This document shows positions 15,692-23,306 of a DNA stretch of 23,306 bases, in pieces (the stretch's first letter is position 1; the number at the start of each line of letters is the position of its first letter). The DNA is from Candidatus Acetothermia bacterium (GTDB lineage Bacteria; Bipolaricaulota; Bipolaricaulia; M55B111). The stretch covers positions 1-23,306 of the forward strand of contig JBKGZT010000018.1 of assembly GCA_046543235.1 (NCBI GenBank). The letters are read 5' to 3'. The position numbers and the translations under genes are program-made. The notes under the pieces are model-generated. The model did not search any database. It saw only the letters and a list, made by a program, of their open reading frames with translations, and had not been told where the DNA came from.

Positions 15692-16996
15692 TTAATTGTC
15701 GACCTGGCTATCCTCGAGGGTCTTCTTCTGCTCCTCCGTCGGGGGTACGGGGCCCTCCAGGATCGGGTCGTTTGTTTTCTTCATCCAGCTCTCTAGGACG
15801 TCAGATAGGTTATCTCTCACCTCAGAGTATTCCGGATCCTCCGCAAGGTTCTCCTTTTCCAGGGGGTCCTCCATGAGATCGTATAGTTCCTCTTCCGGCC
15901 GGGTCGAGCGGTAGTAGCTTTGTCGGGTGACTTCACCGGAGGGAGAATCGTAAATATCTGCCGGCAGGTAGACCGAGGGGATGTTTACGAAGTTTCTGAC
16001 GTACTTGAATCGGTTGGACCGGACTGCACGAATTGGATTATACTTGTCATGCCATGTGATCTCGTGGAATACGAAGTCCCTTTCGGAGTAGTTTTCTCCC
16101 TTCAATAAAGGCAGGAAGGACCTTCCGTCGAGGTCATCCGGGATATCGAGGTCAAGGTAATCCAGGATAAAGGGAAGAAGGTCGACGTTGCTGGTCAACT
16201 CCCCGTACCTGTGACCTCCGGAAAACTCTCCGGGTTTGTAGACGATTAAAGCGATACCTACCCCTGGATCGTAGCAGGTTCCCTTGGCTCGGGGCATCGC
16301 AATTCCGTGATCCACGGTGAAAATCAGAAGGGTTTCCTCGGCCAGGTCCAACTCTTTTAGCCCGTCAACTATCCGACCGACCGACTCGTCTACCTCGTAA
16401 ATCATCCCGTAGAGCCCGGCCAAGTCCTTCCTTATCTCCTTCGTGTTGGGCAAAAAGGGTAAAGGGCTGACGTTTTCCGGGTCCTCGTTATCGTATTGGC
16501 CCAGTCCGTAAGGCCGATGGGGTTCAAAAAAACCAACTGATGCAAAAAAAGGAGATCCGTCCTCGTCGCCCCTTTGTTCTTCCAGAAGGCCGAGGAGGTC
16601 GTCCGTCGTCGGTTCAGCACGTTGCTCCCCGAGACCGCTGCCGTGGACGTGTTTGTAGCCCAGGCTTTTAGGATTCCGGGACTCGTGCTGCAGTCCGAAC
16701 AGGTGGGTTTCATAGCCAGCTTCGTTCAGGTATTGAGGTAAGGTCTTTTCGGATTCGTCCAGTTCCCATCCGTAACCTTCGTGAGCCAGCCCCATAAGTC
16801 CGTTGTTATGTGGATACTTGCCGGTCATTATGCTGCCCCGGCTCGGAGAGCACTGAGGGGCGGTGGCAAAGTTGTTGTCGAAGACAACCCCCCTCTCTCC
16901 CATCTTGTCTATATCCGGGGTCTCGATATCCCTGCCGTAAGTTCCGAGGAACCTTCCGAGGTCGTGGCAGGTGATCAAGACGACGTTCGGTCTCAT
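15692..16996 (-). CDS. Cys-type formylglycine sulfatase, N-sulfoglucosamine sulfohydrolase-like, cytoplasmic (434 aa)
   Basis: RPNVVLITCHDLG, signature CSPSRGSIMTG, EPHRPY, DHG.AMPRAKGT.YD.G, EELYDL.EDP.E..NLA. Start reassigned to ATG 16996 (GAGGA SD, ATGA overlap with the upstream gene). No signal peptide. Confidence 0.92.
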   Translation of the reverse strand: MRPNVVLITCHDLGRFLGTYGRDIETPDIDKMGERGVVFDNNFATAPQCSPSRGSIMTGKYPHNNGLMGLAHEGYGWELDESEKTLPQYLNEAGYETHLFGLQHESRNPKSLGYKHVHGSGLGEQRAEPTTDDLLGLLEEQRGDEDGSPFFASVGFFEPHRPYGLGQYDNEDPENVSPLPFLPNTKEIRKDLAGLYGMIYEVDESVGRIVDGLKELDLAEETLLIFTVDHGIAMPRAKGTCYDPGVGIALIVYKPGEFSGGHRYGELTSNVDLLPFILDYLDLDIPDDLDGRSFLPLLKGENYSERDFVFHEITWHDKYNPIRAVRSNRFKYVRNFVNIPSVYLPADIYDSPSGEVTRQSYYRSTRPEEELYDLMEDPLEKENLAEDPEYSEVRDNLSDVLESWMKKTNDPILEGPVPPTEEQKKTLEDSQVDN

Positions 16997-17637
16997 TTTT
17001 CCTCCTCTAGTTGAGTTTTCTGGGCCCGATCCAGTTGCTGGAATTTGACCGTAAACACGACCACCAGGAAAGGAATGATAAAGCACCATGCCAGCATCCA
17101 CCAACCGTTGAACCAGAGATAGACGACCAGAGCGCCGGGGATAAGGCTCAACGCTGCCGTGCTTAATAAATTGTCCCAGCTCAGGATGATTCCCCTGCGG
17201 AGTCCCTTGACGAGGCCTTCCTCGTTTAGGGTGATTTCGGGTAAGGCGTAGGCGGTGAACACTGGAACGAGCAGGAGAGTCAAAGAAAGCAGAAAGTTGA
17301 GGAAGTATGACAACAGGTACAGGACGACCACGAGGAAAAAGTACAGGACTATGGAGAAGCTCAGTATTCCCACGAGGTTCTCTCTCGACTTTCTCAGTAC
17401 TTCTCCGTATTTTATACTTTCATTCGTTTCCAGTTTCCCGACCAGGATGACGTTCACGCTGGCACTGGTCAGGAAGGCGGCAACGAAGAGATAGGCCAGG
17501 AAAAGCTGCCATCCCGGCCTCTTCGGGCTAAAAACGATCAAAAGCTGGAGAGGAACCGCCGTCACGCAGAAGCTTATAACGAGCTGGAGAAAGTGGCTTC
17601 TGAACAACGTCCAGCTTTTTTTCAGGGGTTCTAACAT
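16993..17637 (-). CDS. Integral membrane protein of unknown function (about 5-6 TM)
   Basis: Very hydrophobic 214-aa ORF inside the operon, with its stop overlapping the sulfatase start. No catalytic motif recognised. Confidence 0.75.
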   Translation of the reverse strand: MLEPLKKSWTLFRSHFLQLVISFCVTAVPLQLLIVFSPKRPGWQLFLAYLFVAAFLTSASVNVILVGKLETNESIKYGEVLRKSRENLVGILSFSIVLYFFLVVVLYLLSYFLNFLLSLTLLLVPVFTAYALPEITLNEEGLVKGLRRGIILSWDNLLSTAALSLIPGALVVYLWFNGWWMLAWCFIIPFLVVVFTVKFQQLDRAQKTQLEEEK

Positions 17638-17680
17638 CTGACTTTCCGGGATGACCGTTTTAGGGTTTGCCGCGCAGTCA

Positions 17681-18493
17681 TCAATCCACCCCTCCTAGCT
17701 GTAGGCCGAGCTCTAGGTATCTCTGCCCGAACAGCAGGATCACTAAGACGGGAATCGCCAGGAAAACGGCACCGCTTGCCATGTAACCGAAGTTAACTGT
17801 GTACTGGCCCGAGAATATAGCCCGCTCAAGCGCTGCGGTAAAGAGCATCCTCGAATTGTCCGAGACCATCGTGGTGGCGTAGACGTACTCGGACCAGGCA
17901 AACCGGAAGGCAAAGATGAACCCCGCAACTAAAGCGGGTTTGGCCAGCGGGACAAAGATCCTGTAATACCTTGCGAATACTCCAGCACCGTCGAGGATCG
18001 CCGATTCGACAATGGCTTCGTCGACGGTATTGAAGTAGTTCATAAATAGAAAGATATTGAGAGGTGTAACCAGAAGCTGGTAGAGGAAAACCATTCCCAG
18101 CCTCGTTCCGAGAATCCCCATTTCGCTGAAGAGCGAGTAGATCGGTATGATGTTCAGGTTAGGAGGCAACAAGAAGGCCATCAAGACCCCGAAAAACAGC
18201 AGTTTCTTGCCCCTGAATTTCAAACTCGCGAAAGCGTAACCGGCCATAGTCGTAATCAACACCGAGATCCCGGCTGCCACAAGGCTTATCAGCAGGGAGT
18301 TTAGCATTCCAGTGACGATCAGCTTCTCATCGAGCAGGCTGGAATAGTGGTATAGCGAGGGATTGAGCGGAACGAGGTCCGGAGGGAAGCTTATTTCCTT
18401 TTGAAAGGAGAGGTCCAGGATCCAGTAGAGCGGGAGTAGCGTAAAAGCAGCCCAAAAAGTCAGGATCGATATACGAGTTGTTTTTTCGGACAT
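17681..18493 (-). CDS. Carbohydrate ABC transporter permease (MalG-like)
   Basis: NSL, AGYAFA..F.GK, EAA loop ESAILDGA, P..KP, W.EY; 6 TM. Confidence 0.93.
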   Translation of the reverse strand: MSEKTTRISILTFWAAFTLLPLYWILDLSFQKEISFPPDLVPLNPSLYHYSSLLDEKLIVTGMLNSLLISLVAAGISVLITTMAGYAFASLKFRGKKLLFFGVLMAFLLPPNLNIIPIYSLFSEMGILGTRLGMVFLYQLLVTPLNIFLFMNYFNTVDEAIVESAILDGAGVFARYYRIFVPLAKPALVAGFIFAFRFAWSEYVYATTMVSDNSRMLFTAALERAIFSGQYTVNFGYMASGAVFLAIPVLVILLFGQRYLELGLQLGGVD

Positions 18494-18500
18494 AATTCAC

Positions 18501-19379
18501 CTACTCGACGATATCCGCATCATAGAAGCGCATGTAGAAGTAGATTAGAACCAACGTCATCAAGACGGACAGTATCGTTATCCCGGCCCCGAAAGAGAAC
18601 CTGCCTTCGTTGAATGCAGCGAGGTAGCCGTGCAGGGGGAAGACCCTGGTGGCATTTATCGGTCCTCCGCCGGTCATGTTAAGAATGAGCCCGTACGCGT
18701 TGATCGTCCATACGGTTATCAGTATTGTGTTCATCAGGATAAAAGGTTTAAGTATCGGCAGGGCAATCTTGGTATAAAAGGTCCACTGGCTTGCGCCGTC
18801 GATTTTGGAGGCTTCCACCAGCTGGGGAGAAATGGACGTCATCGCGGAGTTCATAAGCAGGATGGTAAACGGTGTTCCCCTCCAGATGTTGGCGATCACG
18901 ATCGCCAGCATCGCGGTAGCAGGACGACCGATGAAGCTGATCGGCTCAAATCCCATGCTGGAAATAACCATATTGACGATACCGGTATCCCTGCCGAGGA
19001 CCAGCCTCCAACCAAACGAAGCTACGAGTACCGAAGTCAGCCACGGTACTATAAATATCGGTCGGAAAAAGTTTTCCACTTTACGTTTGGCACGGAAGAG
19101 CAAGTATGCTATACCCGTGCCAATTAATAACTGTGAGACTATTCCCGTCGTGGCAAATATGGCGGTGTTTCTCAGCGTGACGAACGTGACGGGATCGATA
19201 AAAATGTCCCGGAAGTTCTCCAGGCCTACGAACGGCCAGGAGCGGCGGATATTCATGATAGTTACGTCGTGCAGGGCTATGTTGATGTTCCAGCCCCAGG
19301 CGAAGAACTGAAAGAAGAAGAGAACTCCTAGGGCGGGAATCAAAAAGAGGTACGGTACGTAAGACCTGTAGTTATCCAT
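18501..19379 (-). CDS. Carbohydrate ABC transporter permease (MalF-like)
   Basis: FVGLENF, NT..F, W..TPF, EAA loop EASKIDGA, MTGGGP. Confidence 0.93.
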   Translation of the reverse strand: MDNYRSYVPYLFLIPALGVLFFFQFFAWGWNINIALHDVTIMNIRRSWPFVGLENFRDIFIDPVTFVTLRNTAIFATTGIVSQLLIGTGIAYLLFRAKRKVENFFRPIFIVPWLTSVLVASFGWRLVLGRDTGIVNMVISSMGFEPISFIGRPATAMLAIVIANIWRGTPFTILLMNSAMTSISPQLVEASKIDGASQWTFYTKIALPILKPFILMNTILITVWTINAYGLILNMTGGGPINATRVFPLHGYLAAFNEGRFSFGAGITILSVLMTLVLIYFYMRFYDADIVE

Positions 19380-19399
19380 TTTTTCTCCCTGAACTTTGA

Positions 19400-19436
19400 C
19401 ATCGAGATACGGGGGAGGATTCCCCGTATCTCGATG
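19400..19436. repeat. Perfect 15-bp inverted repeat between the binding-protein and permease genes (probable mRNA-stabilising hairpin)
   Basis: CATCGAGATACGGGG-gaggatt-CCCCGTATCTCGATG. No U-tract follows on the minus (transcribed) strand. Confidence 0.75.
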
Positions 19437-19464
19437 AGTGCTAAAAGAGGTTTACGATCTTTGT

Positions 19465-20850
19465 CTACTTTTCAAGGATTTTCTCTACCTCACTGGCGGC
19501 TTCATCCAGAGCCCTTTCCGCAGGCACGTCGTTTACGACGACCTCCTGCGTGGCGTCCCAGAAGGCCTTCTCGACTTGAGAGTACTCTTCCAGTGAAGGT
19601 CTGTGGACTCCACCGGCGACACCTCGCCTGAACTGCTCGTACCAGGGTTCCGGGATGTCTTCAGTTACCATTTCCTTGTATTCAGGTGATTCGAACATCC
19701 ATTCGCTGGTCGGGAGGTTACCCTCCTGGACGAGCATGTGGGCGTAAGACTTCCTGTTGTTCAGCATCGTCATAACTACTTCGTGTGCCACTTCGGGATT
19801 TGGGGCTGCCCTCGGAATCATCCACATCCAGCCCCCTGCGAGTGCGCTTAGCTCTTTTCCTTCGAACTGGGTAGTCGGGATGACCCCAATCATGTCCGTC
19901 AGCTCCTCGTGGCTCTTATCCGGATACTCGGAAGTGATGGCACTGACCGCCCAGCTACCTTCGTAAGTCATTGCGTACTTCCTGTCCATGAAGTTGGCGA
20001 GCTGCCACTGCCAGTCCCTTTGTAAGGTGGCCCCGTTATCGACCAGGTTCTTGACGTAGTTCAGGGTCTTAACACCTGCCTCGTTGTTGAAGCCAGGCAC
20101 CCATTCGCCATCTTCGTTTTTATCCAGAATCGAGCCGCCGAGCTGGTAGAGCCAGCCCCAAGATTGGTCTACGACCCAACCGCCGTCGAAGGGATACTCC
20201 AGACTTCCGCTCATTTCAAATTCTTCTTTCGCGGTCTCCGTTATGTCGGGTAGGGCTTCGAGCAGGCCTTCTGCCGTGCTTATGTCCTCCATGGTGTAGC
20301 CGGCTTCGTGAAGGACGTCCTTCCAGACCCATATTGCACGGCTGCCCGTCCGATCGAGAATTCCGTAGAAGTCTCCGTCGTACGTGGAACCCTTGACGAA
20401 GTTATCGTAAAGACCTTTATCCTCGGCCCATTCTTCGTATTCGTCGGAGAACTGGGGGGTGAAGTATCCGGTAGAGGCAATCTGCGCAACCTGCATTTCA
20501 TCGACCCTTACCAGATCGTATTTCTTGTTCGAGGAAACTGCCAGATATAGCTGTTTGGTATAGTTGCTTTTTGGTACGATATCTACATCCAGCTCGATAT
20601 CTACGTTGGGATTGTTCTTTTCGTAAACACGGACTGGAGAGTTCTCATACCACTCCGGCATTTCTTCTTCTGTCGTTCCGTCACCGGCAGGACCAAGATA
20701 GCCATAGTGGTCCGGACCCGGGTGAGGAGTGGTCATTACCTTCAGGGTAATTGTTTCCTTTTCGTCGCTGTCTTGACCGGCGGCTACGAGGCTCAAACTC
20801 AGGATCAAACTTAGTGAAATCAACAATATTCCGATCTTTTTCACGTTCAT
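19465..20850 (-). CDS. Carbohydrate ABC transporter substrate-binding protein
   Basis: Signal peptide MNVKKIGILL...LVAAG, then NPNVDIE, YDG..YG, FNNEAGV, AMTYEGSW, GGW.W.IP. ATG 20850 follows AAGGAGTGA. Confidence 0.92.
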   Translation of the reverse strand: MNVKKIGILLISLSLILSLSLVAAGQDSDEKETITLKVMTTPHPGPDHYGYLGPAGDGTTEEEMPEWYENSPVRVYEKNNPNVDIELDVDIVPKSNYTKQLYLAVSSNKKYDLVRVDEMQVAQIASTGYFTPQFSDEYEEWAEDKGLYDNFVKGSTYDGDFYGILDRTGSRAIWVWKDVLHEAGYTMEDISTAEGLLEALPDITETAKEEFEMSGSLEYPFDGGWVVDQSWGWLYQLGGSILDKNEDGEWVPGFNNEAGVKTLNYVKNLVDNGATLQRDWQWQLANFMDRKYAMTYEGSWAVSAITSEYPDKSHEELTDMIGVIPTTQFEGKELSALAGGWMWMIPRAAPNPEVAHEVVMTMLNNRKSYAHMLVQEGNLPTSEWMFESPEYKEMVTEDIPEPWYEQFRRGVAGGVHRPSLEEYSQVEKAFWDATQEVVVNDVPAERALDEAASEVEKILEK

Positions 20851-20964
20851 GTTGATCACTCCTTAAAATTCTTTTTTTAAACGGTTAATTTGCTGGCTGA
20901 GACCTTGCTAACAAGTGTTGTTCTTTAATCACCTCCCGTAACCTCCGATTAAGCCACTACCGTC

Positions 20965-22176
20965 CTAACCGGTTCCCACCGGTTTTCTCCATAGCAAATC
21001 CGAAATGTTCTCTCTGCAGACTGCCAGACCGCCGTAAAGTGGCGCTTTATCTTCCAGTCTAGAGCCGTCTATCCTCGGGGTATGCTGGGTATTTTTCTCG
21101 ACCTTCTTTTTGATCTCGTCGATGTATCTACAGCCCGTTTTGGAGACGCCCCCTCCCAGAACAACCAGTTCGGGATCGATGATCGCCGTAATATTGGAGA
21201 CGAGCATGGAGACTACGTTTATCCAGTCCTCGGTAATTTTCCGGGCCACGGGGCTGTCGACTTTGCCGTCCAGTATGATCCTGGGATCCAGTTTGACACC
21301 TTCTTCCAGCAGGGGGTCTTCCCCGACTTCTCTTAACTTTTCATTCGTCCTCCGGACGAGGTCCGGGCCGGATATTCTGCTTTCCAGCCACCCTTTTCGA
21401 TTCCCGTCAACATTACTCATGTGGCTGATTTCGGAGACGAACCACCCTACCTCGCCTGCATGGTTCCTCGCTCCTTTGAAGAGCTCGTCGTCAATTATTA
21501 TTCCAGCCCCCACACCTGTCCCTATCGCGATGAAGACCAGGCTGGAATGGTCCGATTTTCTCTCGCGGAACTCCCCCAGGGCCGAGGCGTTGACGTCGTT
21601 TTCCAGGAAGATCGGCATATCCAGCTCTTTCCCCAGCTCTTCCCGTAGTTTTACTTCTTCCAGTCCGTCTATGTTGGGGGCGTAATTTACCGTACCGTCT
21701 TCATTGACGACGCCGGGTACGGCTATCGTCATTCCTTCAACTTCCTCGTAACCCACGCCGGCCCATTCCCGGGAGTCCCCCACTAACTCTATGACTTCTC
21801 TATGAAGAATTTTCCAGTTATCCGGAGTAGATACCGTCTTGGCTCCTTTTAGCTCTCCCCCCAGGTTTCCCAGGCCGTACGTCACGGAGGTTCCGCCGAT
21901 GTCTATACTAATGAAGTACTTTCCGTCCGGATTAACCGATAGGAGGCGAGGCTTTCGACCGACCTTGGAATACCTTTTGTGTTTGTTTTCCGTGATTAAT
22001 TCCTCTTCGAGAAGTCGGTCGACGGAGGAGGAGACCGCCGTCTTGCTTAGCCCGCTCAACCTTGAGATGTCGGTTCGAGAAACCTCGCCCTTCCGCTGGA
22101 TCAAACGGAATATCATCTCGAGGTTTTCCTTGCCTATAGAGCTTGGGTTTAGCCCTTCTGAAGAGTTTATCATCAT
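20965..22176 (-). CDS. ROK-family transcriptional repressor (NagC/XylR-like)
   Basis: wHTH SRTDISRLSGLSKTAVS, VGRKP, IDIGGT, AVPG.V, ENDVNASALGE, GTGVGAGI, AGEVG, PELVVLGG. Confidence 0.95.
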   Translation of the reverse strand: MMINSSEGLNPSSIGKENLEMIFRLIQRKGEVSRTDISRLSGLSKTAVSSSVDRLLEEELITENKHKRYSKVGRKPRLLSVNPDGKYFISIDIGGTSVTYGLGNLGGELKGAKTVSTPDNWKILHREVIELVGDSREWAGVGYEEVEGMTIAVPGVVNEDGTVNYAPNIDGLEEVKLREELGKELDMPIFLENDVNASALGEFRERKSDHSSLVFIAIGTGVGAGIIIDDELFKGARNHAGEVGWFVSEISHMSNVDGNRKGWLESRISGPDLVRRTNEKLREVGEDPLLEEGVKLDPRIILDGKVDSPVARKITEDWINVVSMLVSNITAIIDPELVVLGGGVSKTGCRYIDEIKKKVEKNTQHTPRIDGSRLEDKAPLYGGLAVCRENISDLLWRKPVGTG

Positions 22177-22203
22177 ATTCCCCGTTGATCCGCGATTGAT
22201 AAA

Positions 22204-22224
22204 AGTTAATAAAGTTTATTAACT
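22204..22224. promoter_or_regulatory. Putative ROK operator (perfect 10-1-10 palindrome)
   Basis: AGTTAATAAA-G-TTTATTAACT. It lies between the -10 box and the ROK start, and the AGTT...AACT ends resemble XylR-type operators. Confidence 0.8.
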
Positions 22225-22235
22225 ATTACAAAACT

Positions 22236-22264
22236 AGAATATCAAAGTCCAAGGGCTATGTCAA
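22236..22264 (-). promoter_or_regulatory. Sigma70 promoter of the ROK-sulfatase-GH4 operon
   Basis: Minus strand reads TTGACA (22264-22259), 17 bp ending in TGA (extended -10 TG), then TATTCT (22241-22236). Confidence 0.75.
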
Positions 22265-22435
22265 GTGGACGGCTCTTAGCTTTTTGATAGACCCTGAATC
22301 CGGAAAAATTGATCAATAACCAATTGTTTCAGCGGAAACAGTGCGTTGTAGGGCGATCTAGGCACGGGATAAAATTAAGGAAGGAGGTACCTGGTAGAGA
22401 ACATTTTTCTGGTGTCCATTTGGAGGAAGTCGTAT

Positions 22436-23236
22436 TCAACTGAGCTGGAGTTCGTTCAACTTTTTGACGAACCTGGTGACCGTTTTCCTCGGTAAGAAGC
22501 GGGTCAACTGGGGCGCGAGCGAGATCATCGTTCCGGGGACTACCACACGTTTACCTTTCTTGAGACCCTTATAACCCTCTCTTGCTACCGGTTCAGGTTT
22601 TAGTTTGTACGATAACATCGAGTTCTCGTTCCCCTCGGGCTTCTCCCCTTTGACCTGAAAATCCGTGTCCACTGGCCCCGGCGAGAGGACTGTGACCGTT
22701 ATTCCCTCCTCGGCCACTTCCTCGGCCAGCCCCTCCGAGAAGTTCTGTATGAAGGCCTTGGAGGCGTAATAAAGCGCCATAAAAGGACCCGGTTGAAAGG
22801 CGGCAAGCGAGGAAACGTTGAGTATTTTACCCCCGCCCCTCTTTTTCATTTTCGGCAGGAATAGCTTCGTCAGGTGAATTACCGCGTCCATGTTTAGGTG
22901 CATCATTTCCCTGTCGGTTTCCCAGTCCGTGACGGAAAATTCTCCCATCTGACCCCGACCGGCGTTGTTGACCAACAGATCTATTCTGTAGTTGCTTTTG
23001 TTTATCCTTTCAAATATCCGATCCGGCGTATCCGGTTCGCTCAGATCCCCCGGAATTGCTAGCCCCTTCACCCCGTAGTCACTTTCCAGTTCCCCCTTTG
23101 CCCGCTCGAGTTCGTCCTCGCTTCTGCTTACAAGAACAGGGTTGTAACCATCATCGGACGCGAGCTTTGCCAGTTCGTACCCTATGCCTTTGGAGCCGCC
23201 GGTAATTAATGCCCCTTTCAACTGTTTTTCTTTCAC
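22436..23236 (-). CDS. Short-chain dehydrogenase/reductase (COG0300-like)
   Basis: TGGSKGIG, NNAG, NVSS, catalytic YYASK, PGPVDT. GTG start after AGGTGA. Confidence 0.93.
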   Translation of the reverse strand: MKEKQLKGALITGGSKGIGYELAKLASDDGYNPVLVSRSEDELERAKGELESDYGVKGLAIPGDLSEPDTPDRIFERINKSNYRIDLLVNNAGRGQMGEFSVTDWETDREMMHLNMDAVIHLTKLFLPKMKKRGGGKILNVSSLAAFQPGPFMALYYASKAFIQNFSEGLAEEVAEEGITVTVLSPGPVDTDFQVKGEKPEGNENSMLSYKLKPEPVAREGYKGLKKGKRVVVPGTMISLAPQLTRFLPRKTVTRFVKKLNELQLS

Positions 23237-23306
23237 GTTATCACCTGCCGGAATTAATTATACGTTCTGAACTCTTAAAAGAAATGGATGGACCTCCTCC
23301 TCGCGG

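Noticed and set aside
16997-17104. 36-aa N-terminal extension of the sulfatase (possible signal peptide)
   Set aside because: It overlaps the upstream gene and is not signal-like. ATG 16996 has an SD and an ATGA overlap.
19400-19436. Hairpin read as an intrinsic terminator or a CRISPR repeat
   Set aside because: It has no U-tract in the transcribed direction, lies inside an operon and occurs only once.
17681-20850. Sugar ABC system lacking an ATPase gene
   Set aside because: Common; such systems often share a MalK/MsmK-type ATPase encoded elsewhere.
12754-21685. Long plus-strand ORFs opposite the carbohydrate operon (12754..13329, 14571..15056, 18630..19127, 18805..19311, 21110..21685)
   Set aside because: Antisense shadows of well-supported genes, with no recognisable domains.
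22365-22435. Plus-strand TAAAAT and AAGGAGG followed by CTG
   Set aside because: There is no canonical start, and the reading frame runs antisense into the SDR gene.

Overview
Gene-dense window from a bacterium (canonical sigma70 -35/-10 promoters are visible). Proteins are visibly Glu/Asp-rich, suggesting a halophile; Fe-S enzymes suggest an anaerobe. From left to right it holds: (i) a LacI regulator followed by a sugar-ABC binding protein gene that runs off the left edge and is missing from the ORF track; (ii) a nitroreductase-larE-larB-larC operon for nickel-pincer nucleotide (NPN) cofactor synthesis, with a CxxC-C LarE and no larA in the window; (iii) a 46-bp single-hairpin IS200/IS605-type mini-element; (iv) an ABC-2 exporter, a truncated DUF2141-like gene and an aldo/keto reductase with a 4Fe-4S domain; (v) a lamin-tail-domain protein and a membrane GGDEF/HD-GYP protein; (vi) an 8-gene carbohydrate operon (ROK regulator, binding protein, two permeases, membrane protein, cytoplasmic Cys-type sulfatase, DUF3604-like metallohydrolase, GH4) with a clear promoter and a perfect palindromic operator; (vii) an SDR. 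The best candidates for undescribed biology are the sulfatase-DUF3604-GH4 sulfated-sugar uptake/catabolism locus and the larA-less NPN operon next to a sugar-uptake operon. All family calls come from motif recognition by eye; no database searches were run.
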